Below are positions 37,544-41,911 of a stretch of DNA of 41,911 nt, in pieces. The translations under genes were made by a program, and so were the position numbers. Position 1 is the stretch's first letter, and every line of letters begins with the position of its first letter. Source of the DNA: Spirochaetales bacterium (GTDB lineage: Bacteria; Spirochaetota; Spirochaetia; Treponematales; UBA12059); contig JAFGJV010000029.1 in the NCBI GenBank assembly GCA_016928955.1, forward strand, positions 62,001-103,911, read 5' to 3'. The notes under the pieces are model-generated. The model saw nothing but the letters and a program-made list of their open reading frames with translations. It was not told the origin of the DNA and searched no databases.

Positions 37544-37583
37544 ATGATAGGGCCAAGCGGCGGGAATGTAAACCGGTTGAGCA
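37544..37583 (-). promoter_or_regulatory. Promoter of the LacI gene overlapped by a LacI-type operator
   Basis: Minus strand TTTACA-17-TATCAT; the imperfect palindrome tgtaAACCGGTTgagca (37567-37583) with a central CG overlaps the -35. Confidence 0.7.
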
Positions 37584-37610
37584 AGCAAGGCTTTTTTTGG
37601 CGCCGTTGGC

Positions 37611-39893
37611 CTAGACCGTCTCCGGTTCGTCTATACCGGTCGCCACCTGGTCCTTGCCCCGCTCCTTGGCCATGTACAGGCGGGAATCGGCCAGCTCCAC
37701 CAGGGCCATGCAGTCCATGCCGTCGGCCAGTTCCGCTGCCCCGCAGGACACGCTCAGGGACAGGCCCATGGCCGCGAAGGGCGACGCTTCCCGTATGCCG
37801 GTCCGTATCCTCTCGGCCAGAACGGCGGCGCCTGACAGGGGCGTTTCCGGCAGGATGACCAGGAATTCCTCCCCGCCGTAGCGCCCCGCTATGTCCGACG
37901 ACCTGAGCCGGCTGCGTATGGACCTGGCCACCTCGGCCAGCACGGCGTCGCCAGCGCGGTGCCCGCGCTCGTCGTTCACCTGCTTGAAATCGTCAACGTC
38001 TATCATGAGCACGGACAGGGAACGCTTGTGCCGGAACGACGCCTTGAGCTCGCGGTCGAGGAGCTCAAAGGCGTGGCGCCGGTTGAACAGGCCCGTAAGG
38101 CCGTCCAGAATGGCCAGCTTTTCCAGCTCGCGGGTACGCCGCTTGACCTGCTCCTCCAAGCGCTTGTTCCAGGCTAGGATCATGTCCTTGTATTCTTTCT
38201 CACGCCTGGCGTATTCCTTCACCTCGGCCAGGGCTTTTTCCAGCTCGTCGCCCTTGGCCTTGAGCTCCACGTTGCGCAGGCGGAAAATCTCCGCTTCCCG
38301 GCGGGCGTTCTCGTCCTCCAGGCGCCGGGCGTTCTTGATGGCCACGGCCACAAAGGCCGCCAGGGCTCGCAGGGCTGCCAGCGCGTCGTCGTCCCAGGCG
38401 CCGGGCCTGTCGCTCCACACGCTCATCACGCCCAGGGCTTCAGCCCCGAACATCACGGGCAGGTACAGCACGGTCAGGGCGGACGGCGACGGCACGCACA
38501 GGTCCGCGGCCGTCTCGCGTATTTCCGCGCGCTCCCGGAAACACCGCCACCAGGGGCCGTTCCTGTCCAGCGGATCCGACGCGGGTCTCACCGGCTGGCC
38601 GGCGTCCATGGCCGGATCTATGTGCAGCTCGCCAGATTCGGGGGCCACGGTGGCCAGGGCAAAACCGGGCACGTCCATGAAGCGCCTGAGCCCGTGGTAC
38701 AGCTCCGCGCACGCGTCCCCAAGGTCAAGCTCCGCCGCCACTGCCCTGCCCAGCCGCGTTACCAGCCGGGCCATTTCGTAGGATCGTTCTATTTCCCGGG
38801 TCCTGCGCTTCAGGGCCGCCGACTCGGATTTGGCCAGACGGGCTTCCCGCTGGGCCCAGGACAGGTCGTTGCGCATCCTGAGCGCCGTCATCTTGAGTTC
38901 CACGCCGGCGCCAAAGGCCGCCTGGCGCAGCCTGTCCGCCAGCCTCTGGCGGATGTACGCGCGCTTGTGGTCGTTCCGGGCCGCCGCCACCCTGGCCAGA
39001 GAGCCCAGGATGGATGCTATGTAGCGCTTGGCGCCCCGCCCCACGGCCAGGTCCATGGCCCGCCTGAGCCGGGCTTCGGCCTCTTCCAGGCGGCCGCGCT
39101 CCAGGAGCCACACGCCGTAGTCGTTCTGGACCTCGCACTCGCTCTGGGCAAGCCCGTGCGACGACGCCAGCTCGAGGGCCGCGCGGTATTTGGCTTCCGC
39201 CGCAAACGCGTCGCCCCGGGCCGTTGCAAGCTCCGCCAGGTCGCAGTCCACCTCGACCAGTCCCGGAATGTTGGCGTAGGCGGAATGTATGGCTGCCGCC
39301 TCTTCCAGGTCCCGCTCCGCCTCGTCAGTCTGGCCGAGCGCCTTGCGGGCGGCCCCGCGGTTGCCTATATAAATGCCGGGCGATCCCGGATGGCCCACCC
39401 GTCGCGCCGTTTCCAGGGCCCGGTCGTAATAGGCCAGGGCGTCGTCATAGCGGCCCAGCTCGCGGAACAGCTCGCCCGAGTTGTTGAGGGCGGCGGCCTC
39501 GGTCACCTCGTCCTTGGCCAGCTTGGCTTCCTGGAAGCAGCGGTCCAGGTGCTCAAAGGCCACGGCGTAGTCGCCCACCTGACCGTAGATGGCCGCCAGG
39601 CGCAGGTAACCCCTGGCCAGCACGTCGTGTGCCTTGACCTCGCCGGCCAGCGACAGGGCCTCCAGGAGGTGGCGGAGGGCGTCCTGCGGCCGCAGGAGAA
39701 AGGTCTCAGCCCCGCCTGCCATGACCAGCGCGGCCGCCCTGCCCCGCTTCCAGCCGTGCGAACGGGCTTCCTCGCTCGCCGCCAGGGCGGCCTGGGCCAC
39801 GGCCTCCGGGGCGGCGCGCACCTCGTGCCAGAGTTCGAGCACGCGGTGGACGAGGGCTTCTTCTCCTGTCAGGGTCTTGTCGAGCGCGGCCAT
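37611..39893 (-). CDS. TPR-GAF-GGDEF diguanylate cyclase
   Basis: Multiple TPRs (ALNNSGELFRELGRYDDALAYY), GAF-like LYLPVMFGAEALGVMSVWS, DGLTGLFNRR, IDVDDFKQVND, I-site RSSD, GRYGGEEF. Start set at ATG 39893. Confidence 0.92.
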   Translation of the reverse strand: MAALDKTLTGEEALVHRVLELWHEVRAAPEAVAQAALAASEEARSHGWKRGRAAALVMAGGAETFLLRPQDALRHLLEALSLAGEVKAHDVLARGYLRLAAIYGQVGDYAVAFEHLDRCFQEAKLAKDEVTEAAALNNSGELFRELGRYDDALAYYDRALETARRVGHPGSPGIYIGNRGAARKALGQTDEAERDLEEAAAIHSAYANIPGLVEVDCDLAELATARGDAFAAEAKYRAALELASSHGLAQSECEVQNDYGVWLLERGRLEEAEARLRRAMDLAVGRGAKRYIASILGSLARVAAARNDHKRAYIRQRLADRLRQAAFGAGVELKMTALRMRNDLSWAQREARLAKSESAALKRRTREIERSYEMARLVTRLGRAVAAELDLGDACAELYHGLRRFMDVPGFALATVAPESGELHIDPAMDAGQPVRPASDPLDRNGPWWRCFRERAEIRETAADLCVPSPSALTVLYLPVMFGAEALGVMSVWSDRPGAWDDDALAALRALAAFVAVAIKNARRLEDENARREAEIFRLRNVELKAKGDELEKALAEVKEYARREKEYKDMILAWNKRLEEQVKRRTRELEKLAILDGLTGLFNRRHAFELLDRELKASFRHKRSLSVLMIDVDDFKQVNDERGHRAGDAVLAEVARSIRSRLRSSDIAGRYGGEEFLVILPETPLSGAAVLAERIRTGIREASPFAAMGLSLSVSCGAAELADGMDCMALVELADSRLYMAKERGKDQVATGIDEPETV

Positions 39894-40033
39894 GCAGTAC
39901 GGAAGTATAGCACACGGCCAGAGCTCCGCGCGAGGCCGCGCTTTCAAAATCGTCGTTCACGGATTAGACTTGGGTGGAGCTGTAGCGCTACCGGCCACGC
40001 CGCGGACGCGCCGGCCAACAGGAGGATCATAGC

Positions 40034-41686
40034 ATGCACCAGGTGACCATACGCTTCCCGTCGGGCTCAGCTTTCTCCTACCCCATCGGCACCAAGGTAT
40101 CCGCGGTGACCAGCGGATTCGGCCATCTTGAGTGGCCTCTGGCCGCCGTCCTTCTCAACAACGAGCTCCAGCCCCTGGACGCTGCCATCCTGACCAACTG
40201 TTCAATAGAGCCCGTACTGATCAATTCCCCGCAGGGCGCCTTTTCGTACCGCAGGTCGCTGTGCTTCCTTGCGGCCATAGCCGCCCGCGAGCTTTTCCCC
40301 GAGCGCGACCTGGTGGTCGCCCAGGCCATAGGCTACGGCTTCTACCATTATTTCGAGGAAGGCCCGGCCAGCGCCGACGACATACGCAGGCTGGAAGCCA
40401 AGATGCGCGAGCTCGTGGAGCGGGACGTGCCCATAGCCATGCAATGGTGGAGCTACGAGGACGCCATCACCTATTTCCGCGACCACGGGCAGGACGACAC
40501 CCTCCTGCTCCTTGAGCTGACCAACGAGCCGCGCATAGCCCTGAACGAGTGCGCCGGCTTCCGCGACCTGTACGTGTCGCCCCTGGTGCCGTCCACGGGC
40601 GTCCTTTCCACCTTCGAGCTCCTGCCGTACCAGGAAGGTTTCCTCCTCCGCTACCCGAGCAAGGAAAAGCCCGACCTCGTGCCTGAGTTCAAGGACGATC
40701 CCCTGCTGTACGCCATCACCACCGACTCGCGCAAACGCTCCAGCGTGCTCGGCGCGTCGTCCGTTGGACTGCTCAACCGCCTGAGCTCGCCCAAGAAAAT
40801 GAAGGACTACATAGCGGTGGCCGAGACCCTGAACAACAAGCGCGTGGCCGAGCTTGCCGACCGAGTGGCCGCCCGCGCCGACAAGATCAAGGTGGTGCTG
40901 ATAGCCGGCCCGTCCAGCTCAGGCAAGACCACCACGTCGAAAAAACTGTCCATACAGCTCCGGGTGCTCGGCTTTGAGCCCCTGGTGATAGGCCTGGACG
41001 ACTATTTTGTCAGCAGGGACCGTACGCCGCGCGACGAGAACGGCGAGTACGACTTCGAGTGCCTGGAAGCCCTGGACGTGGACTACCTGAACGAGCAGCT
41101 CCTCGAGCTCTTTGCCGGCAAGGACGTGGAACTGCCGTCGTTCGACTTCAAGTCCGGCGAGCGCAAGCCGTCCGGCCACACCATCCGCATGGGCGAGCGC
41201 ACCATCCTGATCATGGAGGGCATACACGGCCTCAACGAGCGCCTGACGCCGCGCGTGCCCAAGGAACAGAAATTCAAGATTTACGTATCGGCCCTGACCC
41301 AGATCAACCTGGACGAGCACAACCGCGTGTCCACCACGGACAACCGCCTCTTACGGCGCATGGTGCGCGACAACCAGTTCCGCGGCCGCTCGGCCCTGGA
41401 AACCCTGCGCATGTGGCCCAGCGTCCAGCGCGGCGAGCGCCTGCACATTTTCCCGTTCCAGAACGAGGCCGACGCCGCCCTGAACTCCGCCCTGGACTAC
41501 GAGCTGGGCGTGCTCAAGGTGTACGCCGAGCCCCTCCTGCGTTCGGTCAAACCCATGGACCCGGAATTCTGCGAGGCCAAGCGCCTGCTCAATTTCCTGG
41601 CCTTCTTTGCGCCTATATCGGCCCAGTTCGTGCCCCAGGACAGCCTGCTCAGGGAGTTTATCGGGGAAAGCTCGTTCAAGTACTGA
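40034..41686 (+). CDS. Nucleoside (uridine) kinase/PRK family protein with N-terminal TGS and ThrRS-editing-like domains
   Basis: Walker A IAGPSSSGKTT, LDDYF, YDFECLEALD, IMEGIHGLN, RLLRRMVRD, REFIG; AGGAGG RBS. Confidence 0.9.
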   Translation: MHQVTIRFPSGSAFSYPIGTKVSAVTSGFGHLEWPLAAVLLNNELQPLDAAILTNCSIEPVLINSPQGAFSYRRSLCFLAAIAARELFPERDLVVAQAIGYGFYHYFEEGPASADDIRRLEAKMRELVERDVPIAMQWWSYEDAITYFRDHGQDDTLLLLELTNEPRIALNECAGFRDLYVSPLVPSTGVLSTFELLPYQEGFLLRYPSKEKPDLVPEFKDDPLLYAITTDSRKRSSVLGASSVGLLNRLSSPKKMKDYIAVAETLNNKRVAELADRVAARADKIKVVLIAGPSSSGKTTTSKKLSIQLRVLGFEPLVIGLDDYFVSRDRTPRDENGEYDFECLEALDVDYLNEQLLELFAGKDVELPSFDFKSGERKPSGHTIRMGERTILIMEGIHGLNERLTPRVPKEQKFKIYVSALTQINLDEHNRVSTTDNRLLRRMVRDNQFRGRSALETLRMWPSVQRGERLHIFPFQNEADAALNSALDYELGVLKVYAEPLLRSVKPMDPEFCEAKRLLNFLAFFAPISAQFVPQDSLLREFIGESSFKY

Positions 41687-41687
41687 C

Positions 41688-41729
41688 AGCGCGCGGCGGA
41701 CCGCCCGGCGGCCCGCCGCGCCTGCTTTT
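41688..41729 (+). terminator. Probable intrinsic terminator after the nucleoside kinase gene
   Basis: gcgcggcgg/ccgccgcgc stem followed by ctgctttt. Confidence 0.6.
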
Positions 41730-41823
41730 CCGGGGTCGTACTGAAGAAACGCACAGGCCGCACCGGTAGTGCGTGCCAGTAATACGCCGACGATGCGCGT
41801 CACTCAAAAAACCTTTAAAAATA

Positions 41824-41911
41824 AGAGGCTCTTTCAAAAATCGGACGAGTTTTGAAAGAGCTACATAGTAAGACGTGATTTGCGTAGCGGTTGCGGAATA
41901 TGCAAACAACC
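41824..41911. repeat. Dispersed palindromic repeat (REP/MITE-like), copy B, truncated by the window end
   Basis: Same orientation as copy A, 84 of 89 aligned positions identical; perfect 12-bp stem gctctttcaaaa/ttttgaaagagc. Confidence 0.9.

Noticed and set aside
41824..41911. CRISPR repeat or array start at the window end
   Set aside because: Identity to copy A runs continuously for 88 bp with no repeat-spacer periodicity, and no cas genes are present.

Overview
GC-rich (visually about two-thirds G+C) bacterial chromosomal segment, most likely from a free-living or anaerobic spirochaete (Spirochaetales/Treponema-like). That assignment is inferred from the groES gene with no adjacent groEL, the short atypical SMC, the HTH-EIIA fusion and the Ter/FabV enoyl reductase. 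The window is mostly housekeeping: membrane pyrophosphatase hppA, AlaX-type editing protein, OlsB-like acyltransferase, smc, recX, rplM-rpsI, RNB-family exoribonuclease, tRNA-Arg(CCU), groES, ftsH, fabH-fabF-fabZ-fabV, rsmE and several transporters. It also carries signalling proteins: a class III cyclase with 2TM modules, a TPR-GAF-GGDEF cyclase, a PP2C phosphatase and two PTS EIIA proteins. No transposase, integrase, phage gene, CRISPR array or recognisable defence operon was seen. The most notable non-annotated structure is an AT-richer, multi-hairpin dispersed repeat of about 140 bp. It occurs at 2778-2918 (directly behind a sigma70-like promoter, upstream of hppA) and again, about 94% identical and truncated by the window end, at 41824-41911. 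Other points of interest: many apparently leaderless genes, an internally duplicated unknown protein adjacent to hppA, an SMC lacking a canonical hinge, a sensor-like membrane protein with only a TPR output, and a structured rplM leader. All calls come from motif recognition by eye; no searches were run.
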